Assembly: GCA_963663385.2 (NCBI GenBank)
Contig: CAXXXD010000003.1
Location: 1,376,001 to 1,440,000 of the forward strand
Reading direction: 5' to 3'
Length of the DNA stretch: 64,000 nucleotides
Source of the DNA: Oceanispirochaeta sp.
GTDB taxonomy: Bacteria; Spirochaetota; Spirochaetia; DSM-2461
Under the pieces are notes generated by a model, which saw only the letters and a list, made by a program, of their open reading frames with translations, was not told the origin of the DNA and made no database searches. Shown piece after piece: positions 28,317 through 39,119 of this stretch (within the stretch, counting starts at the first letter, position 1; each line of letters begins with the position of its first letter). The translations under genes were made by a program, and so were the position numbers.

Positions 28317-28450
28317 TATTATATTTGCTGTTAGGGTAGCAATACGCATGTTAAGTGCTTTTTCTATTTATCATAATGATACATTTTCTGAAGCGGAATT
28401 TATTTTATCATTGTTGATCAGGTAGATAGAAAACAGAAGGAGTTCAGTAG

Positions 28451-29548
28451 ATGTCGGAAAAACAAGCTAGTGTGGAAGAAAAAAATAAAGCAATAGAAGC
28501 AGCGCGGCTGCAGATAGAGAAACAGTTTGGAAAAGGATCGCTTATGAAAATGGGCGAACAAGCCAAACTTGAAGTGGAAGCCATCCCTACGGGTTCAATC
28601 CTTCTGGATGAAGCCCTTGGCGTAGGCGGTTTACCCAAAGGGAGAATCATTGAGATATATGGTCCTGAGTCTTCCGGTAAAACAACCCTTGCCCTCCATG
28701 CCATAGCGGAAGCCCAGAAACAGGGTGGAGTGGCAGCCTTTATTGATGCGGAACATGCCCTTGATCCGGTTTACGCCAAAGGACTAGGGGTTAATGTGGA
28801 TGACCTCTGGGTCTCTCAGCCGGATACGGGAGAACAGGCTCTTGAAATTACAGAATCCCTGGTACGATCCGGAGCCGTTGACATTATCGTTGTAGATTCT
28901 GTAGCAGCTCTGACACCACGTGCGGAAATTGAAGGAGACATGGGAGATTCCCATGTTGGACTTCAGGCCCGTCTTATGAGCCAGGCTCTACGGAAACTTA
29001 CCGGTATTATCTCCAAATCAAATGCCTCCCTGATTTTTATCAACCAGATTCGAATGAAAATCGGGGTGATGTTTGGGAATCCTGAAACAACAACCGGCGG
29101 CAATGCCCTCAAATTCTATGCATCGGTTCGCCTTGAGGTAAGAAAAATCGAAACCATTACAAAAGGTCAGGAGGATGCTATTGGAAACAAAGTCCGGGTA
29201 AAAGTGGTAAAAAACAAGGTAGCGCCTCCTTTCAGGAAAGTGGAACTGGAGATTATCTTCGGGAAAGGGATTTCCGCCAGTGCCAGCCTGCTGGATGCTT
29301 CCCTTAAATACAATCTGATACAGAAAAGCGGAAGCTGGTACTCTCTTGGAGAAGACCGTATAGGCCAGGGCCGTGATAATGTGAAGAAATACCTGGAAGA
29401 AAACAAGGTTATTACCGAAGATCTCTCTGCCCAATTGAGAACTTTAATGTTTCCAAAAAAGGAGGGAAAAAAAGCAGAAACAGCCCCTGAAGCAAAAAAA
29501 ACAGTGAAAAAAACAACACCGGCCGGTGCAGGTGATGGATTATTCTAA
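28451..29548 (+). CDS. recA: Recombinase RecA
   Basis: [52 protein letters not shown]. Confidence 0.99.
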   Translation: MSEKQASVEEKNKAIEAARLQIEKQFGKGSLMKMGEQAKLEVEAIPTGSILLDEALGVGGLPKGRIIEIYGPESSGKTTLALHAIAEAQKQGGVAAFIDAEHALDPVYAKGLGVNVDDLWVSQPDTGEQALEITESLVRSGAVDIIVVDSVAALTPRAEIEGDMGDSHVGLQARLMSQALRKLTGIISKSNASLIFINQIRMKIGVMFGNPETTTGGNALKFYASVRLEVRKIETITKGQEDAIGNKVRVKVVKNKVAPPFRKVELEIIFGKGISASASLLDASLKYNLIQKSGSWYSLGEDRIGQGRDNVKKYLEENKVITEDLSAQLRTLMFPKKEGKKAETAPEAKKTVKKTTPAGAGDGLF

Positions 29549-29549
29549 T

Positions 29550-30095
29550 ATGAAGAACAGACATCCCCGTGTCTACATAGGGATGGGTTCAAACCTCGGG
29601 GACCGGATGGCAACTCTTTTAAAAGCTGTCCGTAAAATGGATTCGTTTCTGAAAGATACACGATATTCGTCCATATGGGAAACGGCTCCTCAAATAGTCG
29701 AAGATCAGCCAGCCTTTTTGAATATGGTTTTCTGCGGTACGTTTTCCGGATCTCCCGAGGATCTGATAGAACGATTATGGGCCATTGAGAATGAAGCTGG
29801 CAGAAACCGAAAGAATGAAACCCCAAAGGGCCCCAGACCTCTGGATCTTGATATACTTCTATATGGAGAAGAACAGATCAACACAGAAATTCTGACAATT
29901 CCTCATCCTCTGATGAACAAAAGAGCTTTTGTTCTGGCACCTCTGACAGAAATTGAGGAAAATATTACAGAACCCTCATCGGGTATCCTCTACCGTAAAT
30001 ATCTCGATTCTATTGTAAATCAGGGTTTTATCTGTTATATAAATCAGCCTGAAATAGAAGTAATACTTGAAGAAAGCAAGGATCGTCATGTCTGA
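29550..30095 (+). CDS. folK: 2-amino-4-hydroxy-6-hydroxymethyldihydropteridine diphosphokinase
   Basis: YIGMGSNLGD, FLN, GPRPLDLDILL, IPHP...RAFVL.PL. Confidence 0.95.
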   Translation: MKNRHPRVYIGMGSNLGDRMATLLKAVRKMDSFLKDTRYSSIWETAPQIVEDQPAFLNMVFCGTFSGSPEDLIERLWAIENEAGRNRKNETPKGPRPLDLDILLYGEEQINTEILTIPHPLMNKRAFVLAPLTEIEENITEPSSGILYRKYLDSIVNQGFICYINQPEIEVILEESKDRHV

Positions 30096-30852
30096 TACCT
30101 ACAATTTCCAGCTGGAACAGTTTGAAGGCCCTCTGGACCTCCTGCTGTTTCTGATAAAAAAAAACGAAGTTAATATATATGATATTCCCATAACCAAAAT
30201 CACGGAACAATATCTGTCTTTTCTTCAATATTCCACATCTGTCAATCTGGAAAACATTACCGAGTTTTATGTATTGGCGTCAACTCTTCTTTATATTAAA
30301 TCCAGAATGCTTCTTCCGGTGGAAGTGGATTTTTCGGATGAAATTGAAGATCCGCGTGAAGAACTGGTTGCCAAACTTATTGATTACCAGAAGTTTAAGA
30401 AACTTTCAGAACTCATGTCCGAACAGGAAAAATCCACAGAATGGGTAATCGAACGAAAAAAAGATCAGCGGATGCTTCCATTTTCTCATGATGAAGACAT
30501 GTGGCAGGAAGTGGAAGTCTGGGAACTTCTTCAGAGTTTTTCCAAAATTATGGGAAACCTCACACAGGAAACTATAGTCAATTTATATGAAGAAGTATCA
30601 GTCAATGAAAAAATCACCCTCATTCAGGAACTCCTGGATGAAAAGGGAGAGTTTGCTTTTACAGATATCCTGATCAATCCCGAATCAATTATGGAAATTG
30701 TATGCGCATTTCTTGCCATCCTTGAATCTGTAAAAATGAAGATGATATTGGTTTATCAAAACCGCCTGTTTGGTGATATACTGATCAGAGCTTTAAATTT
30801 TAAGGAAGAGTTAAACAATCATGACCCTGAGCAGGGAACAGTCGATAATTGA
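30088..30852 (+). CDS. scpA: Segregation/condensation protein A
   Basis: FEGPLDLLL.LI, IKSRMLLP, EDPREELV, FLAILE, Q.RLFGDI. Confidence 0.95.
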   Translation: MSDTYNFQLEQFEGPLDLLLFLIKKNEVNIYDIPITKITEQYLSFLQYSTSVNLENITEFYVLASTLLYIKSRMLLPVEVDFSDEIEDPREELVAKLIDYQKFKKLSELMSEQEKSTEWVIERKKDQRMLPFSHDEDMWQEVEVWELLQSFSKIMGNLTQETIVNLYEEVSVNEKITLIQELLDEKGEFAFTDILINPESIMEIVCAFLAILESVKMKMILVYQNRLFGDILIRALNFKEELNNHDPEQGTVDN

Positions 30853-31360
30853 AGCGATCCTTTTTCTGGAAAGTGATCCTGTAAATATTCAGCACCTGGT
30901 AAAAGTAAGCGGGCTTTCCCGCGATGCCATAAATGAAGTGCTGTCTCAATTGGAAGAACACTACAAAGGTACGGAACACGGTCTTTCCCTGATTGAAATG
31001 AACGAGGGATGGGTCCTGAGTCCTAAAGAGGAGCTTTGGGAACACCTTAAAGAACATTATGGAAAGAAAAATGATGACAAATTATCCCGAGCCGCTATGG
31101 AAACTTTATCCATAATAGCTTACTCTCAGCCACTGACAAAAGCGGAAATCGAAAACATCAGGGGAGTCTCTTCAGACAGCATGATTCGCCTTCTTATCAA
31201 AAAAAACCTGATAAAAGAGGTTGGAAAAAAAGATGTTCCCGGCAAGCCGATTCAATACGGCACTTCCAAGGATTTCCTGAAAATGTTCAGATTGAAAAGT
31301 ATAGCTGAGCTGCCTAAGCTGGATGAGGTGGAACAGCGCAGGTTTGAGTTAAATGGATAA
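30821..31360 (+). CDS. scpB: SMC-Scp complex subunit ScpB
   Basis: IEAILF, LSRAAMETLSIIAYSQP, IENIRGV, PGKP..YGT..FL..F.L. Confidence 0.95.
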   Translation: MTLSREQSIIEAILFLESDPVNIQHLVKVSGLSRDAINEVLSQLEEHYKGTEHGLSLIEMNEGWVLSPKEELWEHLKEHYGKKNDDKLSRAAMETLSIIAYSQPLTKAEIENIRGVSSDSMIRLLIKKNLIKEVGKKDVPGKPIQYGTSKDFLKMFRLKSIAELPKLDEVEQRRFELNG

Positions 31361-32105
31361 TGAAAAAGAATTAGTTAGGCTTCAGTTATTTCTTGCCCGC
31401 TGCGGTGTCGGCTCAAGAAGGGCCTGTGAGGATTTCATAGCCGCAGGAAGGGTAATGGTAAACGGAAAAACCGTTTTAAAACCCGGAGTTAAAGTCAGTG
31501 TTGAAGATGAGGTTTTTTTTGACAACCACAGGGTAAAACCGACCACAAAGCATATATACCTGGCGCTCCATAAACCATCAGGTTTTATCTGTTCCAATCA
31601 GGACAGAGACGGAAGACCTCTTGCCATCGATCTGATAACCCCTTCGGTTAAGCAGAGACTTTTTAATGTCGGCCGGCTGGATTACATGACTTCCGGGCTG
31701 ATATTTTTTACAAATGACGGAGAGTTTGGTAAGGTAATGACTCATCCGTCTTCCCATGTGGAAAAAGAGTATATTGTTACATCCAAAAAAGAGATTCCCC
31801 TGGAGCTTATGGAACAGTTCCGTCGCGGAATGATGGTAAAAGGTGTTAAATACAAGCTTAAAAAATATACCTTCAAAGGGAAGAGAACAGTCAGTATCGT
31901 ACTGGAGGAAGGAAAGAACAACGAACTGAGAAAAGTATTTCTTTCAAGGAATATCACTATAAAAAGTATTCACAGAGTAAGAATAGGTTCAGTAAACCTG
32001 AACGGAATATCCCCCGGACATTTCAGGAAGCTGACACAGAAAGAAGTTAACAGCCTATTGGCTCAAAGTGAAATAAACAAAAGACAGAACAGGATAAAAA
32101 GATGA
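31353..32105 (+). CDS. rluB: rRNA pseudouridine synthase (RsuA/RluB family)
   Basis: S4 domain (G.GSRR), HKPSG, VGRLDYMTSGL..TNDG, HPS..VEKEY, EGKN; lies between scpB and cmk. Confidence 0.85.
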   Translation: MDNEKELVRLQLFLARCGVGSRRACEDFIAAGRVMVNGKTVLKPGVKVSVEDEVFFDNHRVKPTTKHIYLALHKPSGFICSNQDRDGRPLAIDLITPSVKQRLFNVGRLDYMTSGLIFFTNDGEFGKVMTHPSSHVEKEYIVTSKKEIPLELMEQFRRGMMVKGVKYKLKKYTFKGKRTVSIVLEEGKNNELRKVFLSRNITIKSIHRVRIGSVNLNGISPGHFRKLTQKEVNSLLAQSEINKRQNRIKR

Positions 32106-32740
32106 TTGTAGCCATAGATGGACCGGCTGGTGTTGGAAAAAGCAGTATCGCCGGGCATATTGCGGACAAATTGGGTTATTTCAATTTGAATTCAGGGAAT
32201 TTCTACAGAGCGGTTACCCTTAAATCCATAGAGAATGGACTCAGTTCCGATAATGAACAGGATATTATCAGAATAGCGGGGTCCTGTGATATTAAGATCA
32301 GGGATTTCAGGATGATACTGGATGGCAGGGACGTGGAAGATATCCTTCATAGCGACGCTATTGATGCTATGGTAGCCCAGGTATCTGCAATTGTCCCTGT
32401 CCGACACATTGTCAATGAAAAAATCAGAGAGTTAAGCAGTCACCTTGATATGGTAGCCGAGGGCCGGGATATGACTACCGTTGTTTTCCCTCATGCGGAT
32501 GTCAAAGTATTTCTGGATGCTTCAGCCGAAGTCAGAGCAAAACGACGCTTTGATCAGGGCGTCAGCGAACTCTCTTACGAAGAGATTCTGGAAGGTATTC
32601 AGAAACGGGATGTTATTGACAGAAACAAAAAAGAGGGCAGTTTAAAAATTTCTGAGGACGCCTTATATTTGGATACATCCTCCTTGACGTTAGATCAAGT
32701 TTGTGAGAAAGTAACAGGTAAAATTAAAGAATTACAATAA
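32102..32740 (+). CDS. cmk: Cytidylate kinase
   Basis: AIDGPAGVGKS, G.FYRA, EGRDM.TVVFP.A..K.FL.AS..VRA.RR. Confidence 0.95.
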   Translation: MIVAIDGPAGVGKSSIAGHIADKLGYFNLNSGNFYRAVTLKSIENGLSSDNEQDIIRIAGSCDIKIRDFRMILDGRDVEDILHSDAIDAMVAQVSAIVPVRHIVNEKIRELSSHLDMVAEGRDMTTVVFPHADVKVFLDASAEVRAKRRFDQGVSELSYEEILEGIQKRDVIDRNKKEGSLKISEDALYLDTSSLTLDQVCEKVTGKIKELQ

Positions 32741-32760
32741 TTCAGGAGAATGGAACGGTT

Positions 32761-34464
32761 ATGGTAGAAATGGATGCCGCTGCAGCAGAGAACAACAATC
32801 AAACAAAATTACAGGAGGCATACCTGAAGGGCATGGATCAGCTGGTTGAAGGCGAACTGGTACAAGGTCATGTTATACAGGTGGATTCCGAGTATGTTTA
32901 TTTGGATGTTGGCTATAAATCAGAAGGGAAAGTACCGGTAACCGAGTTCAAGGAAACTCCGAATGTTGGTGAAGACATATCCGTCGTTCTGGTAAAGCGA
33001 GAAGGTAAAAACGGAGAACTGGTAGTATCCAAGAAAAAAGCGGATGCCAAGGTGCTCTGGAAAGAACTGAAAGATGCTTTTCAGGATCACAATACGATCC
33101 CGGGTAAAGTTGTAAAATCCATTAAAGGCGGATTTGAAGTTGATCTCGGAATTGAAGTTAGAGCTTTTATCCCCATTTCAAAGATGGATCTTCATAGAAT
33201 TGAAACACCAGAAGACTATATCGGTCTTGAAACCCAGTTTTATATTGAAAGGCTTTATAACGAGAAGTCAAAAGTTAATATTGTACTCTCCAGAAGAGAG
33301 TGGCTGGAAGAGACTCTATCCGCCAAAAAAACAGAGTTCTTTGAAAATACCTCCATCGGTGATGAAGTTACAGGTATAGTAAAGAGTTTTACTTCTTTCG
33401 GCGCATTCATTGACCTTGGTGGTTTTGACGGACTTCTTCATATCAATGATATGAGTTGGGGTCATGTAAACAGGCCTAAGGATTATGTCAAAAAAGGTCA
33501 GGAAATCAAACTCAAGGTTATCAGACTTGAGCCGGAAGATGAGAAGATCAATCTTTCCCTCAAGCACTTTACCGAAGATCCCTGGTCAACTTTTGAAGAT
33601 CGCTATCAGGTAGATGATGTAATAAAGGGTAAAGTAACAAAACTGACTGATTTCGGTGCTTTCATTGAAATAGAAGAGGGTATTGAAGGTTTGGCTCATA
33701 TTTCAGAGCTGTCATGGATTAAACGGATCAAGCATCCCAAGGAAGTTCTGAATATTGGTGATGAAGTTGAAGCCATGATCCTTGGTTATGACATCCATGA
33801 TGGGAGAATCAGTCTTGGAATGAAACAGGTTATGCCCAATCCATGGGATGAGCTGGAAGCAAAGTATCCTGTAGGAATCAAACTAACCAGAACTATTAAA
33901 AAAGTTACTAATGCCGGTGCTTTTATCGAATTGGAAGAAGGTATCGACGGATTTCTCCATGTTGATGATCTTTCCTGGACTAAAAAAGTAAAAAATCCTT
34001 CCAGTGTTCTTAAAGAAGGTGAAGAGATTGAAGTAACTGTAACTTCTGTAGATACAGAGGCTCACAGGATCAGGCTTGGTGTAAAACAGCTTTCAGACGA
34101 TCCATGGGAGACCCTGTTAAACGTTGCTCCCAAGGGCAGTGTAATTGAAGGAGAGATTTCCAATATCACCGACTTTGGACTGTTTGTAAAAGTACAGGGA
34201 GAGATAGAAGGACTCATTCATAAAAACAATCTTAGCGATGATCGTGACGCAGATCCTGATGAACTGCTGAGTAAATATAAAGTGGGTGATAAGATTTCTG
34301 CAGCTGTAATCGAACTACAGGCTTCAAAGCAGAAACTTTCCCTCTCTGTCAAAGAGATGAAACTTCGGGAACAGAAGAAGGAGATCTCTAAATATATCCA
34401 TGAGGATGACGGAGATGATACTACTTACACTCTCGCTGACATGCTTAAGGATAAAGAAGATTAA
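32761..34464 (+). CDS. rpsA: 30S ribosomal protein S1
   Basis: Six S1 repeats (FGAFIDLGGFDGLLH, FGAFIEIEEGIEGL.H, etc.). Confidence 0.97.
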   Translation: MVEMDAAAAENNNQTKLQEAYLKGMDQLVEGELVQGHVIQVDSEYVYLDVGYKSEGKVPVTEFKETPNVGEDISVVLVKREGKNGELVVSKKKADAKVLWKELKDAFQDHNTIPGKVVKSIKGGFEVDLGIEVRAFIPISKMDLHRIETPEDYIGLETQFYIERLYNEKSKVNIVLSRREWLEETLSAKKTEFFENTSIGDEVTGIVKSFTSFGAFIDLGGFDGLLHINDMSWGHVNRPKDYVKKGQEIKLKVIRLEPEDEKINLSLKHFTEDPWSTFEDRYQVDDVIKGKVTKLTDFGAFIEIEEGIEGLAHISELSWIKRIKHPKEVLNIGDEVEAMILGYDIHDGRISLGMKQVMPNPWDELEAKYPVGIKLTRTIKKVTNAGAFIELEEGIDGFLHVDDLSWTKKVKNPSSVLKEGEEIEVTVTSVDTEAHRIRLGVKQLSDDPWETLLNVAPKGSVIEGEISNITDFGLFVKVQGEIEGLIHKNNLSDDRDADPDELLSKYKVGDKISAAVIELQASKQKLSLSVKEMKLREQKKEISKYIHEDDGDDTTYTLADMLKDKED

Positions 34465-34475
34465 TTTTCAGCGCT

Positions 34476-35981
34476 ATGTTAGCTGATAAGGTTGATAAAA
34501 AACGACTGGAAACTCTTATTGAAATTAATAATCTTATTAATTCCAATTACACGGATATCCGGTCCTTATTAACTCATATTCTTGAATCATCAACTCGCCT
34601 CACAGGAGGCGAGTCTTCCTCACTTCTTCTGGTAGATACGGAAACGGATCTTCTTTATTTTGAGATTGCTCTTGGTTCAAAGGGTGATAAAGTTACAAAG
34701 CTTACTGTCAAAATGGGTGAGGGGATTGCCGGGTGGGTAGCTCAGAATAATCAGTCACTCATAGTGAATGATGTTGAGAAGGATACCCGTTTCTACTCTG
34801 GAGTAGATAAGGATGTAGGTTACAAAACAACATCCATCCTGGCCGTTCCTTTACGCATGAGGGACCATTGTGTTGGCGTTATTGAGGTAATCAATAAGGA
34901 AAACGGTCGTAAATTTACCGAAGAGGATCTTGAATGGCTTGAGATTTTCTCAAACCAGGCATCACTTGCGTACCAGAATGCCCAATCTTTCAAGAAAGTT
35001 AAGGATGAACTTTTTCGTTTGCAGGATCGGGTCGAATCTGACACTGGTTATCATAAACTGATATATTCCAGCAAGGGAATTGAGTCTCTTCTTGATATGA
35101 CGGATAAAATATCCCAGTCATCATCACCTGTACTTATTACCGGTGAGAGTGGTGTCGGAAAGGAATTGTTTGCCGAGCAGATCCACATAAAAAGTCCCCG
35201 TTCACAGGAAGTATTTATCCGCCTCAACTGTGCAGCCATACCGGAAGAATTGCTGGAAAGTGAACTTTTCGGTCATATCAGAGGCGCCTTTACCGATGCT
35301 ACAACAGAGCGGGTGGGGCGGTTTACCCTGGCAGACGGTGGATCCATCTTTCTTGATGAAATTGGTGAGATTTCTCTGTCGGTTCAAGCCAAGCTTCTCA
35401 GAATATTACAGAATAAGCAATTTGAACCACTCGGTTCATCAGAAACAGTAACGGTAGATGTAAGGATAATAGCCGCTACAAATAAGAACCTTGAGGCGAT
35501 GGTTGAAAAAGGAACCTTTCGGGAGGATTTATATTACCGGCTGAATGTTCTTCCTTTGTCGATTCCTCCGTTAAGAGAAAGAAAAGAGGATATTCCAACA
35601 CTGTCTGAATATTTCCTTAAAAAATACGCTTTAAAAAACAGAAAGGAAATCGAAGGATTTTCTCCGGATTGTTTTGATGTACTGCTTAATTCCTCCTGGC
35701 CTGGAAACGTACGGGAACTTGAAAATGTAATAGAGAGGGCTGTCATTATTTCTGAGACTCCCATTATTCAAAGCCGCAGTTTGCTGCTTTCTAAAAGCAA
35801 TGATAATTCATTTTCAAGATATGAAGGAAAATCTTTAAAAGATGCAGTGAATTTATTTAAGAAAAATTATATAAAGGGTATATTAAATGATTGTAATGAC
35901 AATCAGACGGAGGCGTCAAAGCTTCTGAATATACAAAGGACATATTTGTCCCGATTATTAAAAGAACTGGAAATTAAATAA
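34476..35981 (+). CDS. GAF-domain sigma54-dependent transcriptional activator with a Fis-type HTH
   Basis: GAF (GEGIAGWV..T.SILAVPL..VGVIEVINK); AAA+ GESGVGKE, NCAA, ESELFG, GAFTDA, FLDEIGE, FREDLYYRL, WPGNVREL; C-terminal HTH. Confidence 0.93.
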   Translation: MLADKVDKKRLETLIEINNLINSNYTDIRSLLTHILESSTRLTGGESSSLLLVDTETDLLYFEIALGSKGDKVTKLTVKMGEGIAGWVAQNNQSLIVNDVEKDTRFYSGVDKDVGYKTTSILAVPLRMRDHCVGVIEVINKENGRKFTEEDLEWLEIFSNQASLAYQNAQSFKKVKDELFRLQDRVESDTGYHKLIYSSKGIESLLDMTDKISQSSSPVLITGESGVGKELFAEQIHIKSPRSQEVFIRLNCAAIPEELLESELFGHIRGAFTDATTERVGRFTLADGGSIFLDEIGEISLSVQAKLLRILQNKQFEPLGSSETVTVDVRIIAATNKNLEAMVEKGTFREDLYYRLNVLPLSIPPLRERKEDIPTLSEYFLKKYALKNRKEIEGFSPDCFDVLLNSSWPGNVRELENVIERAVIISETPIIQSRSLLLSKSNDNSFSRYEGKSLKDAVNLFKKNYIKGILNDCNDNQTEASKLLNIQRTYLSRLLKELEIK

Positions 35982-35993
35982 GGAGTCAATATT

Positions 35994-36674
35994 TTGAACA
36001 CCCATAGCGGAACTGAAAAAACAAGAGCGGAAAAGGTTGCAGAAATAATTAAAGCTAACAGTAGAAAACTTATAGCACTTTCCGCGGCCCTGCTTCTTGT
36101 GCTGTTACTGGTTGGAGTTTTTGAAACAGTTTCTTCAAAAAGAGCGGAAAAAGCTTTACTTCATGCTGAACAGATTGAAGATGTCTACAAGCAGTGGATA
36201 ACATCTGCCGAAGCGGATAGAGGCGCTGTTTCCGAGGAATTGACAGCACTGATTACAGAGGCGATAAGCGACTTTGATGGAAGCTATGCCGCTCTTCGGG
36301 CCTACTATACAAAAGGTCTCTTGAATGCGGAGGAACAGAAATGGGATGATTCAATTGCATCGTTTCTGGCTGTAGCAGAAAAGTACCCTTCTTCCTATCT
36401 TGCACCGGTTGCACTGTTTAATGCTGCGTCTATAGCTGACCAATCCGGAGACACTGAAAAAGCACTGTCACTTTATGAAAGTATCATCGAGAATTTTTCT
36501 GATATTTCCGCCGATATCCCTGAGACACTCTTCAACATAGGCCGCTTAAACGAAGAACTGGGAAATGCGGATAATGCTGTAGTGAGCTATCAGAAAATCC
36601 TTGATGATTACAACTCTTCCAGTTGGACGAATATTGCAAAAAGCCGTATAATTTCTATTAACACGAACAGTTAA
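35994..36674 (+). CDS. Membrane-anchored TPR protein (YfgM-like)
   Basis: TTG start after AGGAG; single N-terminal TM; TPRs (YP.SYLAP.ALFN, LFNIGRL.E). Confidence 0.7.
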   Translation: MNTHSGTEKTRAEKVAEIIKANSRKLIALSAALLLVLLLVGVFETVSSKRAEKALLHAEQIEDVYKQWITSAEADRGAVSEELTALITEAISDFDGSYAALRAYYTKGLLNAEEQKWDDSIASFLAVAEKYPSSYLAPVALFNAASIADQSGDTEKALSLYESIIENFSDISADIPETLFNIGRLNEELGNADNAVVSYQKILDDYNSSSWTNIAKSRIISINTNS

Positions 36675-36707
36675 TATCTAATACCCACCAAGATCAAGGA
36701 GTGGTTC

Positions 36708-39119
36708 ATGGCTAAAGAAGGTGCTTCCCATCCGAAAATACTTAATGTTAAGTATTTCAGTATGATACTGGCTCTGTTTTTCTTTCTCCTATTCTGGGGC
36801 CTGAACAGCTGGACGGCCATGTTTAATCATATGGAACTCAAGCTCCTTGATCTTCATTTCAATTTAAAAAAAGTATTTGAACAATCCCGTATACAGGAAG
36901 GGGTAACTATCGAAAAAAGGAATCCGGATATTTCTCCGGATATACTTATACTCGGTATTGATTTCAACAGCCTGAACACTTTTGGACGATGGCCTTTTCC
37001 CCGATACAGACACGCCAATCTGATTGATTCGTTCAGTAGAATAAAAAATCAGAATGAGAGAGAATCCGCACTTTTTATAGACGTTTTTTTCATAGAACCA
37101 GATAATACTGCATATGACGATGTAATCCTGACTGAATCCATTAAACAGAATGGGCGTGTTTTTATCGAAACGGTTCTTAAAAGAACACCCATGTCTTCCA
37201 GTGATGCAGAAGAATATTTTGGAAGACAGGATACTCTTTATAATAATTATGGTGAGATCCTTCACATAGAAGGAGATACCTCTCAGATTACTGAATATTT
37301 CGGTCTTCAGTCACCGTTGAAACCATATGCCAGGGCAACTTACGGTTACGGACATGCCAATTTTTATGAAGACTATGATAAACGCTACAGAAGACAGCAG
37401 CTTGTTGCTAAATCATCTGTTCTTGTAAACACTATCGAGCTTGAAAACCTCACAACGGATTATCAGATCAATACTGAGAATTATGAACGCTTAGCCTGGG
37501 TAGACAGGGAAGGTCAGTATCATACGATTGAGTATCCATTGACAGACAGGATAATCACTCAACTGTCAAAGGACATGGAGGAATCATCTCCTCCCCGGGT
37601 GGAAGATACTGACGGGGATGGGAACCCGGACCGGGAATTCTATGTACTATACCACTATAAGGATCATTTTGTTCCGGCAATTACACTGGCTCTTGCTACA
37701 AACTATTTCAATAAATCACTGTCTGATATTGAAGTTAAACTGGGAGAATATATTCGTATTCCTGATATTGAATCCTATAATTCCGACACAGGGGAGTGGG
37801 AACCCTATAAAATTACAAAAAGATTCCCCGAGACAGATGAAGATGGGAATATTACAAAGGAAGGGGTTTACGAAATAGTTGATGAAATTAAAATCCCCAT
37901 AGATGAAAAGGGACAGATGCTTATCAATTTTATGGGAACCCGATCAAATGCTTCCCGCGGGGGTTACCAGACCTATCCCATACGATCCTATGCAGGATAT
38001 GCTGCCCGCGTTCCCGGTTTGAACCCTGATACATGGCCGCAGACCAAAGCTGTTTCCAATAAGATTCTTATGGTAGGAGCTTTTGCACAGGGTATTGCGG
38101 ATGATGAGAAAACAACACCTTTCGGACTTATGTATGGGGTTGAGATTCATGCCAATGCCCTTAATACAATCCTTATGGATAACTTTCTCCATGAATTGCC
38201 GGTTCTGTACAATATTCTGATTCTTTTTGCATCAGTCATGATCATCGCTTTTATTACATCTAGGATAGGAGCCGGTTGGTCGCTGATTATTACAGTTTTT
38301 CTTATATTCGGGGAATTTATTACTATATCCATTCTCTTTGAGTTCCAGCGTATTATGATAAATTTTGCAACTCCTGGTATCGCCATGTTCTTCACTTACA
38401 TTACTGTAGTTTTGTACAGAGTGATTATTGAAGAGTCCGATAAAAGAAGAATCAAAGAGATGTTTGGAAAGTATGTCAGCCCGGTTGTGGTTGATCAGAT
38501 GATGAACAAACCTCCCGAGCTGGGTGGTGAGGATAACGATACAACTATCTTTTTCTCTGACATCCGCAGTTTTACAACCCTTTCAGAAACCATGAGCCCA
38601 CAGGAACTGGTACACCTGCTCAATGAGTACCTGACGGCAATGACAGACTGTATTATGGACTACCAGGGCACTCTGGATAAATATATAGGAGATGCCATCA
38701 TGTGTTTCTGGGGTGCACCAATTCCTCAGGAAGATCATGCTCTTCTGGCCTGTAAATGTGCCCTTAAGCAGATGCAGCTTCTGGAGGAACTGAATATGAA
38801 CTGGCCTCCGGAAAAACAGATTCATATTGGAATTGGTTTGAACTCCGGAATAACGACTGTTGGAAACATGGGTAGTGAAGGGCGTATGAATTACACTGTC
38901 ATGGGTGATAATGTAAACCTGGCATCCAGACTTGAAGGGATAAATAAACAATACTATACAAGTATTGTCATCAGCGAGTCCACCTACCTTAAAGTGAAAG
39001 ACAGGGGAGCCATTGCCAGGGAATTGGATGATATCCGTGTAAAAGGCAAGAAAAAACCTGTCAGAATTTATGAACTTGTTGCATTTGAAGGAGATCTTGA
39101 TCCTGCAAAAAACAACTAG
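36708..39119 (+). CDS. CHASE2-domain class III adenylate cyclase
   Basis: CHASE2 (GRWPFPR..HA, GVEIHANALNTIL), three TMs, catalytic FSDIRSFT, DKYIGDAIM, GNMGS..R.NYTVMGD.VNLASRLE. Confidence 0.92.
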   Translation: MAKEGASHPKILNVKYFSMILALFFFLLFWGLNSWTAMFNHMELKLLDLHFNLKKVFEQSRIQEGVTIEKRNPDISPDILILGIDFNSLNTFGRWPFPRYRHANLIDSFSRIKNQNERESALFIDVFFIEPDNTAYDDVILTESIKQNGRVFIETVLKRTPMSSSDAEEYFGRQDTLYNNYGEILHIEGDTSQITEYFGLQSPLKPYARATYGYGHANFYEDYDKRYRRQQLVAKSSVLVNTIELENLTTDYQINTENYERLAWVDREGQYHTIEYPLTDRIITQLSKDMEESSPPRVEDTDGDGNPDREFYVLYHYKDHFVPAITLALATNYFNKSLSDIEVKLGEYIRIPDIESYNSDTGEWEPYKITKRFPETDEDGNITKEGVYEIVDEIKIPIDEKGQMLINFMGTRSNASRGGYQTYPIRSYAGYAARVPGLNPDTWPQTKAVSNKILMVGAFAQGIADDEKTTPFGLMYGVEIHANALNTILMDNFLHELPVLYNILILFASVMIIAFITSRIGAGWSLIITVFLIFGEFITISILFEFQRIMINFATPGIAMFFTYITVVLYRVIIEESDKRRIKEMFGKYVSPVVVDQMMNKPPELGGEDNDTTIFFSDIRSFTTLSETMSPQELVHLLNEYLTAMTDCIMDYQGTLDKYIGDAIMCFWGAPIPQEDHALLACKCALKQMQLLEELNMNWPPEKQIHIGIGLNSGITTVGNMGSEGRMNYTVMGDNVNLASRLEGINKQYYTSIVISESTYLKVKDRGAIARELDDIRVKGKKKPVRIYELVAFEGDLDPAKNN

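Noticed and set aside
28325..28342. TTGCT-N8-AGCAA palindrome upstream of recA as an SOS box
   Set aside because: It does not match a LexA box I can name with confidence, occurs once, and may be a weak hairpin after the preceding gene.
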